Shown here: positions 55,019 to 63,880 of the stretch, piece by piece
Layout of the letters: the number at the start of each line of letters is the position of its first letter
How positions within the stretch are numbered: the first letter of the stretch is position 1
IMG/VR virus record: IMGVR_UViG_2857083903_000001
Span: 1 to 64,000 of that record
Direction: 5' to 3' (one strand)
DNA length: 64,000 nucleotides
DNA from: a virus
Taxonomy: Duplodnaviria > Caudoviricetes
The notes under the pieces: model-generated
Database searches by the model: none
What the model saw: the letters and a program-made list of their open reading frames with translations, nothing else
What the model was told of the DNA's origin: nothing
Position numbers and translations under genes: made by a program

Positions 55019-55680
55019 GCCGCCAGTTCCTGTCCTGCTCGTTCCGCAGCCCGCTTCCACGCCTGCCTCGCCGCCTGCACCTGCTCCGGCGACACCCCCA
55101 GGTGGAGGGCGATGTTCGTCCGGGACACACCCATGGCCGTCAGCTTCTGCACCAACTGCTGGTGGTCGTCGTGGATCTGAACGGACATCAGGCGGCCGTC
55201 ACCAGACCACGGCTGCGCCACCAGCGCGGCACGGCAGCCCAGCCACCACATCGCCACCCGGATCGTCACCGCCGACGCGGTCACCCCTTGTCCACGGAAC
55301 TCGGTGACGACCGCGGCGAGCGACCAGTCCCGCAGCTTCCACAGCAGATCCCCGAACGTCTGCGGCAGCACCAGCATCCCGGCCTGCTTCAGGTCAGGGT
55401 GCTCGCCGAGGAGGGCGTGGACACGCAGGGCCTGTCGCTGCAGGTGGGTGAGACCGCCGGCGACACCCCACGGCTGGTAGGGGCCTTCCTCCCAGCGGGT
55501 GGCGTCGGCCAGGCAGAGGGTGCGGACGGGGCAGCGAAGGCAGGCGGCCTGTACTTCGGCCTGGTCGCCGCGTTCGTCGGAGTAGATGGTGTCGATGTCG
55601 AGGTTCTGGCAGGCGGCTCGGGTGCGCCAGTCGGCAGACCGGGTGGCGGGAGTTGTGTCGTGGCGGGTCGCGGTGGTCAT
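55015..55680 (-). CDS. WhiB-family Fe-S transcription factor with C-terminal HTH extension
   Basis: WRTRAAC...CLRCPVRTLC...WGVAGG. Confidence 0.85.
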   Translation of the reverse strand: MTTATRHDTTPATRSADWRTRAACQNLDIDTIYSDERGDQAEVQAACLRCPVRTLCLADATRWEEGPYQPWGVAGGLTHLQRQALRVHALLGEHPDLKQAGMLVLPQTFGDLLWKLRDWSLAAVVTEFRGQGVTASAVTIRVAMWWLGCRAALVAQPWSGDGRLMSVQIHDDHQQLVQKLTAMGVSRTNIALHLGVSPEQVQAARQAWKRAAERAGQELAA

Positions 55681-56348
55681 CGGTGGTCTCCGGTGAGGGT
55701 GTACAGGCGGATGATCGCGCCGGGCTCGGGCAGGGCGTCGGGGTGCTCGTCGGGGTAGACCTTGCGGTTGTGGTTCTCGATGACGCGTCCGTCGTCTTCC
55801 CAGGCTTTGGCTGTGGTGATGGCGTCGTAGGTGGAGCGTTCGAGCTTGTCGATGTCGGGGCTGACTGCGGGGTAGGTGCGGCGGCGTTTGGGGGCGCGGC
55901 CGGGCTTGGGCATGGTGAAGGTGATGTCGGCTCGTACGGGTCCGACGAGGGGCTGGGCGCCGTCGAGGGCTTCGGTGATGGCTGCGGTGACCTTGTCGCG
56001 CCAGGGCTTGACCTTGGCGGATGACTCCCGCATGAGGGGGATGGCTTTGCCGGTCTTGCGGCTGCGGCCCCAGCCGACGGGGGACTTGCTGCCCTGAGGT
56101 CCGGCGAGCCCGTACACGGTGACGGTGAGAGCTGGCTCGGGTTCCCAGTCGTAGGTGCTCTGGGGGGTGTGGTCGTAGAGGGCTGCGTGCTGGAGGGTGG
56201 CGGCGAGCTGCTGGGCTTCTTCGGTGGTCATGCGGAGGTCGCCTATGGGGGTGGCGACGCGGATGTAGGTGATGCCGAGGTTGGTGCCTTCGATCTGTTC
56301 GCCGGCGAGGTAGACGCTGAAGGATTCGTCGGGGGTCGTGGTGGTCAT
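55677..56348 (-). CDS. RusA-like Holliday junction resolvase
   Basis: PQGSK, PDIDKLERST.DA, WEDD.RV. Confidence 0.85.
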   Translation of the reverse strand: MTTTTPDESFSVYLAGEQIEGTNLGITYIRVATPIGDLRMTTEEAQQLAATLQHAALYDHTPQSTYDWEPEPALTVTVYGLAGPQGSKSPVGWGRSRKTGKAIPLMRESSAKVKPWRDKVTAAITEALDGAQPLVGPVRADITFTMPKPGRAPKRRRTYPAVSPDIDKLERSTYDAITTAKAWEDDGRVIENHNRKVYPDEHPDALPEPGAIIRLYTLTGDHR

Positions 56349-56557
56349 GGTTGGGTCTCCTGGAGTGGGATGCCGTGCCGCATGTACGTGGCTTGGCCGG
56401 GGCGGTGCCCTACGTGGAAGTGCGGGCAGAAGTCGCAGTCGTAGGGGCGCATGGCCGGTCCGCCTTCGCGGCGTATCTGGTTGGCGCGTCTCTTCGCGGC
56501 CCGGCGGGTGAGGAAGCGGGTCTTGCCGAGGCAGGCGACTTCTTCCTCGGTCATCAC
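56345..56557 (-). CDS. Small zinc-binding protein
   Basis: C.GK.RF...Y.C.FC..FHVGH. Confidence 0.7.
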   Translation of the reverse strand: MMTEEEVACLGKTRFLTRRAAKRRANQIRREGGPAMRPYDCDFCPHFHVGHRPGQATYMRHGIPLQETQP

Positions 56558-56766
56558 TGGGGTCCGGGTTCGGGGAGTTGAAGGCGTCGGGCGAGGTTGG
56601 TGCGGGCGTCGCGGTCTTGGGTGGGGTCGTGGATGAAGGCGACGGTGAGGGCGATGCGGCTGCGGAGGACGGCGAGGTCGTTCTCGGCGGTGGCGAGGAG
56701 TGCGGTGTGCCGCCGGCAGAGTTCGGTGGCGAGGGTGTCGACGTAGGCCGGGTCGTGGTCAGCCAT
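56554..56766 (-). CDS. Hypothetical protein
   Basis: GAGG RBS, coupled ORF. Confidence 0.6.
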   Translation of the reverse strand: MADHDPAYVDTLATELCRRHTALLATAENDLAVLRSRIALTVAFIHDPTQDRDARTNLARRLQLPEPGPQ

Positions 56767-57235
56767 CGGTGTCACCTCGCAGCCGGCGCAGCTCGGCTTC
56801 CAGCTCGGCGACGCGGGCTTCGGCCTTCTGCCGGGCCTCGTGCGGGGTGAGGGCGCCGGGGGCGTGCCGCTGGATGACGATGGTGTACAGCTCGGGGGAC
56901 TCGGCGACCTTGATGTCCCACTCCAGCTTGGTCTCGCTGTAGTTCGGGGCGTCGCCGAGCATGGTGCGGGCGGCGGCGACCTGGTGGGCGAGGAGTTCGC
57001 GGGCGGCTTGCAGGTCCATGTGCATGCCGTTGCGGAAGTCGATGGAGCGGATGGCGGTCTCGTCGAGTTGCTTCTGAATCCATCGCTGGGTGGCCGCTTC
57101 GGCGAGGACGGTGGAGAGCACGGGGCGGAGGATGTCGGTGTCGTGGCCGAAGAGGGGGGCGACACGGGGGTCCTCGTCGTGGAGGGCGTTGTACAGGACG
57201 CGGGCCAGTTCGCTGACGGGGTCGTGGTTGGTCAC
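56759..57235 (-). CDS. Hypothetical protein
   Basis: GTG after AAGGAG; APNY.E and TPHEAR motifs. Confidence 0.7.
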   Translation of the reverse strand: MTNHDPVSELARVLYNALHDEDPRVAPLFGHDTDILRPVLSTVLAEAATQRWIQKQLDETAIRSIDFRNGMHMDLQAARELLAHQVAAARTMLGDAPNYSETKLEWDIKVAESPELYTIVIQRHAPGALTPHEARQKAEARVAELEAELRRLRGDTDG

Positions 57236-57948
57236 GGCTGGGGGTGCTCCTTGGGTGCGTCGTCGGTGGCGGGGTGGATGGCGGGGATGGGCTGGGTGTC
57301 GTCGGTGCCGGCGGCCGAGTGGGTGAGCTGGTCGCCGAGGGCCCGCGGCCGGGTGGGGAGGGGGATGGTGATGCTGCGGGTGTCCGGGGCGCCGGGCAGG
57401 GGCCGGGTGAGGGTGACCGCCGGGTCGATGCCGACTTCCTGCCACTCGATGGGGCTGAGGCCCTGGATGTGGCTGAGGTCGGTGTGGGGGGTGGTGCAGG
57501 TGGCGGTCTGGACGCGGGCGGCGGTGGTGTCGGAGGGGTTGGCTATCTCGTACTGGTGGAGGGCGCCCATGGGGCAGTGGCCCTGCCAGGTGAGGGTGCG
57601 GGTGTTGAGGGTGTAGTGGAGGACGGCGTTGTCGGGGAGTCGGCGGGTGGTGGTGCCGTTGCGGTGGTCGTGCCAGTCGCGGATGTGGGGGGTGTGGATG
57701 CCGGCGATGCGGGCGGCGAGGGTGGCGTAGCCCTGGAGGTCGGTCATCCAGGGGGTGTGGCGTGTGGGGAGGTTGGTGGTGGGGGGGTTGACGAGGGAGA
57801 GGCGGGGGGCCGGCGTCTTCTTGGCGGCGGTGGTCTTGCGGGCGGCCGCGGTCTTGGCGGGGGTGGCCTTCTTCGCCGTCTTCTTCGCGGGCTGCGCGCT
57901 GCTGGTGGTCTTCTTCGCCGTGCTGGCCGTGGTGCGGGTGCGGGTCAT
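57232..57948 (-). CDS. Protein with histone H1-like Lys/Ala/Thr N-terminus
   Basis: AKKTT, PAKKTAKKATPAKTAAARKTTAAKKTP repeats. Confidence 0.7.
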   Translation of the reverse strand: MTRTRTTASTAKKTTSSAQPAKKTAKKATPAKTAAARKTTAAKKTPAPRLSLVNPPTTNLPTRHTPWMTDLQGYATLAARIAGIHTPHIRDWHDHRNGTTTRRLPDNAVLHYTLNTRTLTWQGHCPMGALHQYEIANPSDTTAARVQTATCTTPHTDLSHIQGLSPIEWQEVGIDPAVTLTRPLPGAPDTRSITIPLPTRPRALGDQLTHSAAGTDDTQPIPAIHPATDDAPKEHPQP

Positions 57949-58062
57949 GGCCTTGCTCCCTGTCGGTGCGGGGTGTGGTGGTGCTCCGTCGGGCGTGGGG
58001 GGTGTGGTTGAGGAGGGCGATGGTGGTGAGGCCGACGGCGAGGGCGATGCCGTCGGGCCAGG

Positions 58063-58299
58063 TCACTGGTCGATGTCGAGAAACAGGCGGATGGCGCCGC
58101 GGTCGACCTTCGAGGCAAGAACGCCAATGTCTTCGCCCTCACGGGCCTTCTTGGCCAACCAGGCGACGACCTCAGCCTTCGCCTCTCGCAGGACCTCGTC
58201 TCGGTAGTCGTCGAGATCGCCGATGGCTTCCTCCAGTTCCACCTCGTCGGAGGACGCGCGGGCCAGCCAGGACTCGACCTGGTCGCGGGCGGCGCTCAT
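58063..58299 (-). CDS. Hypothetical protein
   Basis: AGGAG RBS, coupled ORF. Confidence 0.65.
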   Translation of the reverse strand: MSAARDQVESWLARASSDEVELEEAIGDLDDYRDEVLREAKAEVVAWLAKKAREGEDIGVLASKVDRGAIRLFLDIDQ

Positions 58300-58592
58300 G
58301 CGGCGCGCTCCTGCTCGGTGAGCCAGCGGTGGGCGACCTCGGTCTGGGCGCCGATCTGTGCGATGTGCCCGTTGAGGAGACCGGCGATGGCGGTGGCGTA
58401 GCCGCATACGTACAGGTTGGCGGGGACGAGGCCGGTGGGGGCGGCGTCGAGCATCTCCTCGGCGCGCTGCTTCAAGGCGTGGATGTCCTCGCCAGCGGTG
58501 TACTCGTCGTAGGCGTCGGCGATGCCGAGGCAGTAGAACGGGTCGCGGGCGAAGGGGCTGGGCGTGGTCGCCTCGCTGGTCATGGTGGTCAT
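58296..58592 (-). CDS. Hypothetical protein
   Basis: 98 aa, GAAAGGG RBS. Confidence 0.65.
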   Translation of the reverse strand: MTTMTSEATTPSPFARDPFYCLGIADAYDEYTAGEDIHALKQRAEEMLDAAPTGLVPANLYVCGYATAIAGLLNGHIAQIGAQTEVAHRWLTEQERAA

Positions 58593-58605
58593 GGGGGTGG
58601 CCCTT

Positions 58606-58932
58606 TCAGGCGGTGGGGTGGGTGATGGCGGGGCGGCAGTAGTCGTCGATGAGGTCGGTGTCCAGGGCGAGGGCGTGGACGTAGAGGGGGGTGCCGGTGC
58701 CGTGGTTGACGGTGGTGGTGAGGGTCCACTTGGTGACGCCGTCTCCGGCGGGCTGGTGGGTGATGGTGCCGCCGGCAGCCAGGTACCAGGCTTCGAGTTC
58801 GGTGAGGCTGGCGGTGAAGATGTGTGCGGCGTCGTGGTGGCTGGTGATGCGGGCGTGGGGGAGGTCGTTCCACTCGGCGAAGACTTCGGCCTGCTGGGCG
58901 GGGGTGAGGGGGCGGAGCCGAGTGGTGTGCAT
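58606..58932 (-). CDS. Hypothetical protein
   Basis: GGGAG RBS before MHTTRL. Confidence 0.6.
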   Translation of the reverse strand: MHTTRLRPLTPAQQAEVFAEWNDLPHARITSHHDAAHIFTASLTELEAWYLAAGGTITHQPAGDGVTKWTLTTTVNHGTGTPLYVHALALDTDLIDDYCRPAITHPTA

Positions 58933-59015
58933 GTGGTTCTCCCTGTGGTCGTGCGGGGGGTGGGTCACCCGGCCGTGCAGCGTGAACGTGCACGGCCGGG
59001 GAGTCGGCGGAGGGA

Positions 59016-59225
59016 TCAGAAGCAGAGGTCACAGGTGCAGTGCACGCGGGTGACCCGGTCGGTGCCCTCGTCGTCGGGCCGGAAGCTGCTGCGGCAGAAC
59101 CTGCTAGGCCAGTGCTGGACGGGGAAGCCGGGGCGGCACTCGGGGCACTCGCTCGGACGCCGGTTACTGCGGGCCTCCTGAGAGGCCTCATCCCGCGTGA
59201 GGGAAGGGATTGTGTAGCCAGCCAT
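59016..59225 (-). CDS. Small Cys-rich protein
   Basis: CPEC...HCTCDLCF, GAGGAG RBS. Confidence 0.65.
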   Translation of the reverse strand: MAGYTIPSLTRDEASQEARSNRRPSECPECRPGFPVQHWPSRFCRSSFRPDDEGTDRVTRVHCTCDLCF

Positions 59226-59243
59226 AGGGCGCTCTCCTCTGAG

Positions 59244-59573
59244 TTAGGCGGTTTCGCGGTGGTGGTCGGCGCAGGTGGGGCACTGGACGCGGCCGAGGTT
59301 GTAGCCGCCGGTCCACTCGATGACGTGGGCGTCGGGGTGTTCGGCGTCGAAGACGAGGCCGCAGACGCAGGAGCAGGCGCAGCGCCGTATGTCGCCGCTC
59401 GGGGGGAGGGTCATGCCGATGGTGGCGGCGGCGCGGGCCATGAGGGTGAGGAAGTGGTCGTTTGTGCCCGCTTCGTCGGCCTGCTCCATCAGCTCGTCGA
59501 AGGTGTCCTGGATGTCCGTGGGGAGGTCGCGGTAGTCGACGGTGTCGATTCGGGCGTGCGTCATCACGGCCAC
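59244..59573 (-). CDS. Zinc-binding hypothetical protein
   Basis: CACSCVC...CPTC; first gene after promoter. Confidence 0.65.
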   Translation of the reverse strand: MAVMTHARIDTVDYRDLPTDIQDTFDELMEQADEAGTNDHFLTLMARAAATIGMTLPPSGDIRRCACSCVCGLVFDAEHPDAHVIEWTGGYNLGRVQCPTCADHHRETA

Positions 59574-59643
59574 GGTGGCTCCAGGGGGTGCGAGAGAGGG
59601 GCAACAGGCTGTCGCTGATGCGGTGTTGCCTTGCTACGCCTCC

Positions 59644-59677
59644 ACCATACCCCTCTAAGCATGGAGTCACAATGCTT
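59644..59677 (-). promoter_or_regulatory. Sigma70-type promoter TTGTGA-N17-TATGGT with AAGCAT-N9-ATGCTT operator
   Basis: Fourth copy, most symmetric palindrome. Confidence 0.75.
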
Positions 59678-59749
59678 TCTCGGGGTTGGGTATGAGAAAG
59701 GGGCCCCCGCCCGTCACAGGCGAAGGCCCCACTTGAACTCAGCAGCAGG

Positions 59750-59977
59750 TCAGCGGGAGTCCACCCACCGCGCATGCACCACCAGCAGATCCGACCACGA
59801 CGCCTTCACGGGCCTGCCCCGGCCGGCCTGGTTGAGCTCCACACCCTGGAGCTTGCACTGCCGGACGAGCGTCTCCCGCGCGATGGGGTGCCCGGTCTCG
59901 GCGAACAGAAGGAGAGCCTCCGGCACGCTGATTTCGTCAGCGGCAGGCTCGTAGGGGGTGAGCATGCTTGCGGCCAT
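59750..59977 (-). CDS. Small DNA-binding-like protein (Xis/MerR-like)
   Basis: ISVPEA...ETGHPI..TL; GGGAGG RBS. Confidence 0.55.
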   Translation of the reverse strand: MAASMLTPYEPAADEISVPEALLLFAETGHPIARETLVRQCKLQGVELNQAGRGRPVKASWSDLLVVHARWVDSR

Positions 59978-60115
59978 AGCGGCCTCCCGTTCTCAGGCGG
60001 CCATCGTTCGCAGCTCCGGCGGCCGAGACTCGGACACGCAACCCCTTGTGGGGGTGTGCGCTGGTGAGGGTTATGAGGTTGTTGAACCTACAGTCTTTGA
60101 CACGCGAACCATCAG

Positions 60116-60658
60116 TCAGGTTGCACGGGCCTGACGGAAAGTTTCCTGGGACATCACCCAGGCGTGCGCGAGGTGGGCGACGGTGAAGCGTCGGCTGGCG
60201 CCGTCACGTGCGGTGCAGCGCCGGTTGGTGCAGATAGCCCGCTGGTCCGATCGCAGCCACTCCAGGCCGAACGTGCGGCATTTGGGGCAGCGTTCCTTGC
60301 GGATGACGAGCCGGTCCCCGGCGCGCAGGGAGTGTTCGAGGTAGTGGCGGCGTTCGATGACGGCGAGACGCAGCCGGGCCTCTTCGGGGGCGTGCGCGGT
60401 GTGTTCCCGGCACCAGTCGTAGACGGCATCGACCGTGGCGGGTGCGGGGCCGGCGTCGGGGTTGACGGCGCGGGTGTGATCGGTGACTTCGTGGACGGAG
60501 GCGGTGATGTGGTCGTGGGTGCTGAGGTTCAGCGGGGTGCCGGCCTCGGTGGTGGTGCGGTGGCCTTCGACGGGTCCGGTGACGGGGTGTTCGCGGAAGT
60601 ACTGGTGGAGGACGGCTAGGCGTGAGGCTGCGTCGTCTTCGTCGGTTCTGGTGCCCAT
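60116..60658 (-). CDS. Hypothetical zinc-ribbon protein
   Basis: CPKC.TFGL.W...CTN..C. Confidence 0.7.
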   Translation of the reverse strand: MGTRTDEDDAASRLAVLHQYFREHPVTGPVEGHRTTTEAGTPLNLSTHDHITASVHEVTDHTRAVNPDAGPAPATVDAVYDWCREHTAHAPEEARLRLAVIERRHYLEHSLRAGDRLVIRKERCPKCRTFGLEWLRSDQRAICTNRRCTARDGASRRFTVAHLAHAWVMSQETFRQARAT

Positions 60659-60876
60659 GGGTTGTGTCCCCGTCCCCTAGGCGGCCGGTGGCGCGTGCAC
60701 CGGGCTGTGGGTGTGCGGGGCGCGCGCCGGAGGCCGGATGGTGTGACTCCGGTGGTCCGGACGCCCATCATGGCATGGGTGGGGCGGGTGTTGAACTCAT
60801 CGTCAAAAATGATCAACAGAGTGTGTTGGTGGGTAGTCAAGACCCTTTGGAGAGACGGCACATCAGAGAGGCATAT

Positions 60877-61143
60877 TCAGATGAGGCCCGGTGCCTGTTC
60901 CATCCCCCGGACCATGGCGAGGAGTTCGGCGAGCTCGCTGTCCTCTACGTGAATGAGGCCGGTCGCCTGGGAGCCCTCTATGGCCTGCGCGCAGATCTGG
61001 AGTGTGAGCCGGAAGGCGGCTGCGGTGTCCTCGTCGGCGAGGGTGAGACCCAGGCCGGTGAACCGGGTCTCAAGGGTTTCCGCCCAGGCTTTCATGGCGG
61101 GCGTGGCGGGGGGTTGGGGAGCGGGTGGTTCTGGTGTGGTCAT
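60877..61143 (-). CDS. Hypothetical protein
   Basis: MTTPEPP...APGLI*; start chosen by codon usage. Confidence 0.55.
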   Translation of the reverse strand: MTTPEPPAPQPPATPAMKAWAETLETRFTGLGLTLADEDTAAAFRLTLQICAQAIEGSQATGLIHVEDSELAELLAMVRGMEQAPGLI

Positions 61144-61700
61144 GTGCCACCGTCCCTGGGCTGTGGTCCGTGCGCGGCGCCGTGCGAGGTCGATTACGGC
61201 GGGGCGGGTGGGATTGTTCAGGGGGCGGGGGTTGGCCGGCTCTGCTGCGGACATAGGTCCGGCTCCACATCCTCCGGCAGCTGGGAAGGGTCCCGTGGGG
61301 TTGGTCGAGCCCTGGCGGGTTGGTGTGTGGCTGCCAGTCCACTGCACCGGTAGGTCACTGTGGCATGGCTGGGTGTGGGTGTGGGTGGTCGGGTCGTGTT
61401 TTAACGCTGTTGTGACCGGATGTGGCTACTCGTGTGGCTCGTTCCACTACCGCGAGTGAAGCTCTGGGGTGATATAGGGATATCTCTGCTTCGGGGTGGC
61501 GGCTGGGGGGCGGCGGGAAGTCGTGGGACCTGAACGCTTCGGGGGCCGCTACACGCGGGGGTGGTGTGTGGGCGTGCCCGTCAGGTGACGGCAGTCTAGT
61601 CCGGCAGTTCACCACCCGGTAGGGGTTGATTCCCTTCCGCTTGCCCGCCGTTGGCCGGGGCGGGTCTGGCGTGCGGCGAAGGCCCGCTGAGACGACGAAA

Positions 61701-61745
61701 GCGGCCCCGGCCGCCACCCGTCAGGGCAGGCAGGCCGGGGCCGCG
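61701..61745 (-). terminator. Terminator after parB
   Basis: GCGGCCCCGGCC / GGCCGGGGCCGC stem followed by TTT on the minus strand. Confidence 0.65.
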
Positions 61746-61746
61746 G

Positions 61747-62889
61747 TCATGCTTGTCGAGCCTTGACTGCCGCCTGAGTCTCCTCATCACGGCCGAGGCC
61801 AAGGAAGACGGTCGCCCGATCTTCGGCGGCCATCTTCCGCAAGAGCAAGAAGAGAGCCTCGCCGCCATGCTCGTAGGGGAAGCGCGGTGCCTGATTCTCC
61901 GCTTCCGCCGCAGTGGTGTCACGCGGCTCCGGAATCGACTCCGCGGTGCGGGTCTTGCCCAGTTCCGGCCCGCCGTCGCTGGGGTTGGGGTGTGCCGGTA
62001 CGGCCGGCTTGGGAGCCGGTGCCGCCTCCGCTGGCGGGTATACCGCGGTATACGCGTCGGCCTCCTGCTGGGCTGGTACCTCCACTTGGGCCGGCGCCTC
62101 CACCTCAGGTCTGCTGGCAACCGCAGGCTCCACGGGAGGCGTCTCGGGCACCGTGTATACCGCGGTATACGCCGCCGGGGTCTCGGCGACGCCCGGCCGC
62201 TGCTGCTTGGTGGGGCGGGGCTGCTCCTGGTCCAGCTTCCAGGTGGCGTACTGCTCCTCCGGCGGCATCGCCGCATAGCGGCGCATCTCCCGGAACGCAG
62301 TCAGCTGGCCGTCGAGAACAAGCTGCACCATCTCGTCGGTGAGCCGAAGCAGGCCGATGCGCTGGTTGAACCACTGCTTCGACTTGCCCATGGCCTTGGC
62401 CGCGGCGGACTGGTTGCCGTCGTGGAGGGTGAGCATGGCGTGCAGGCCGTTGGCTTCCTCGATGGGGTTGAAGTTGGCGCGCTGCACGTTCTCGGACAGC
62501 ACCGCGGCGAGGAACCGGATACGGGACTCGGTGAGGTCGTGCCGGATCAGAAGATCCAGACTCTCCAGGCCGACGTTCACGGCCGCGCGCCAGCGGCGTT
62601 CACCAGCAGCCATCACGTACCGGCAGGTGTCCGGGAGCTCGTCGGCGTGCTCCGGATAGAGCTTGAGGTAGCTGGCTTTGGGGACGGCTACGCAGGGCTG
62701 GAGCTGCCCGGCCCGCATGTCTTCGCCGAGCTCGGTGAGTTCGGTTTCGTCGAAGTTCCGTCGCGGGTTCAGCGGGGTGGGGGCGACGGTGTTCGGGTGT
62801 ACGTGGAGCAGGTCGGGTCGGCTGGCGCCGGGCACGGTCTCGACTTTGCTGGTGGCGAGGGAGGCGAGGGAGATGCGCTTGCCGGACAT
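61747..62889 (-). CDS. parB: ParB/Spo0J partition protein
   Basis: NPRRNF, GQLQP, AGERRWRAA (CTP-binding box), ENVQR, HTH; ATG overlaps parA TAA. Confidence 0.92.
   Translation of the reverse strand: MSGKRISLASLATSKVETVPGASRPDLLHVHPNTVAPTPLNPRRNFDETELTELGEDMRAGQLQPCVAVPKASYLKLYPEHADELPDTCRYVMAAGERRWRAAVNVGLESLDLLIRHDLTESRIRFLAAVLSENVQRANFNPIEEANGLHAMLTLHDGNQSAAAKAMGKSKQWFNQRIGLLRLTDEMVQLVLDGQLTAFREMRRYAAMPPEEQYATWKLDQEQPRPTKQQRPGVAETPAAYTAVYTVPETPPVEPAVASRPEVEAPAQVEVPAQQEADAYTAVYPPAEAAPAPKPAVPAHPNPSDGGPELGKTRTAESIPEPRDTTAAEAENQAPRFPYEHGGEALFLLLRKMAAEDRATVFLGLGRDEETQAAVKARQA
62038..62053. promoter_or_regulatory. parS-like perfect palindrome GTATACCGCGGTATAC (copy 1)
   Basis: 16-bp palindrome inside parB. 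Confidence 0.75.
62155..62170. promoter_or_regulatory. parS-like perfect palindrome (copy 2)
   Basis: Identical 16-bp palindrome inside parB. Confidence 0.75.
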
Positions 62890-63551
62890 TAGCGTCGGCC
62901 TCCGTAGCCGCGCTCGAGGGCCAGGCGGAAGTAGTCCTCGCGGGCGCGGAGGGTGGTGCCGTTGTCGGCGTACTGGGTGACGACCTTCCCTTCGGACGCC
63001 GCACGGGTGTGGATCTTGTATCGGCGGATGACGGTCTTCGCGCGGGGCCAGCCCATGGCGTCGATGTAGGCGATGGTGTCGTTGAGGTCGGCAACACCGT
63101 CGCGGGGGTCCCAGGCGTTGATGACGACGGTGTAGGGCAGGCCACGGGGCACGATGACCCGCTCGATGGTGCGGGCGGTCGGGTCGAACGCGAGGGGCTC
63201 GGGGGGCATGGGGACCAGAACGTCGTCGGCGACGTCGAGGGCGGCGGCGAGGATGTGTTCGTTCTCGAGGCTGCCGGGGGTGTCGATGAAGACGTGCTGC
63301 CGGCTGTCGGTGTCGCCGAGGACGTCGTGGGCGACGGCGGCGAGGTTGACGGCGGTGGTGGTCTTGCCGACTCCGCCCTTCTGGTTGCAGATGACGTGGA
63401 TCTGCGCGCCGAGGTTTTTCAGTTCGGCGAGGCTGGCGGGGTCTTCGTGGGCGGCGGCGAAGTCGAAGGGGAGGTCGTCGCCGACGCGGTCGGCCCACCA
63501 GATGGTTGACCCTTGGGGGTCGGTGGACACGACGAGGATGCTGGAAGGCAT
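62889..63551 (-). CDS. parA: ParA partition ATPase with permuted motif order
   Basis: NQKGGVGKTT (deviant Walker A), FIDTPG (Walker B); the VVSTDPQGS (A') segment lies N-terminal to Walker A. Confidence 0.9.
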   Translation of the reverse strand: MPSSILVVSTDPQGSTIWWADRVGDDLPFDFAAAHEDPASLAELKNLGAQIHVICNQKGGVGKTTTAVNLAAVAHDVLGDTDSRQHVFIDTPGSLENEHILAAALDVADDVLVPMPPEPLAFDPTARTIERVIVPRGLPYTVVINAWDPRDGVADLNDTIAYIDAMGWPRAKTVIRRYKIHTRAASEGKVVTQYADNGTTLRAREDYFRLALERGYGGRR

Positions 63552-63675
63552 GGTGCTCCGTTCCGTGTGCTTCCCGGAGGGTTTCCGGTACTCGGACGGG
63601 CCATAGCTTCTCAGATCGGGTGGGTGGGGCTGCTGATTGGGAGGCGGTTTCGGGTTGGGATTTCTGTGCGGGCGT

Positions 63676-63691
63676 GTATACCGCGGTATAC
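63676..63691. promoter_or_regulatory. parS-like perfect palindrome (copy 3) upstream of parA
   Basis: Identical 16-bp palindrome, intergenic. Confidence 0.75.
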
Positions 63692-63712
63692 GCCTGAGCC
63701 GGGAGGGCGGGC

Positions 63713-63880
63713 TCAGTCGTCGTCTTCGTCGTCCTCGTCGTCGTAGGGCTGCCCGTCCTCGTAGGCGGGTTCGAGGAACAGGGTGCGGTGGTCGTGGACG
63801 AGGGTGGGCCGCGGCCAGGCGGGGGCGGTTCGCGGGGTGTTGATGCGGGTGGCCGGCGGGCGAGGCGGGGCGGTGGTCAT
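63713..63880 (-). CDS. Small protein with acidic tail
   Basis: MTTAPPRPP...YDDEDDEDDD*, GGAG RBS. Confidence 0.5.
   Translation of the reverse strand: MTTAPPRPPATRINTPRTAPAWPRPTLVHDHRTLFLEPAYEDGQPYDDEDDEDDD

Noticed and set aside
57945-58066. Short TM-like ORF start (MTWPDGIALAVGL) running in frame into 56759-57235
   Set aside because: Would fully overlap the 57232-57948 gene with junk sequence; probably a small frameshifted gene or sequence error, cannot be resolved
62890-63498. 583-aa ParB with N-terminal extension
   Set aside because: Extension is an off-frame reading of parA; true start is the ATG at 62889
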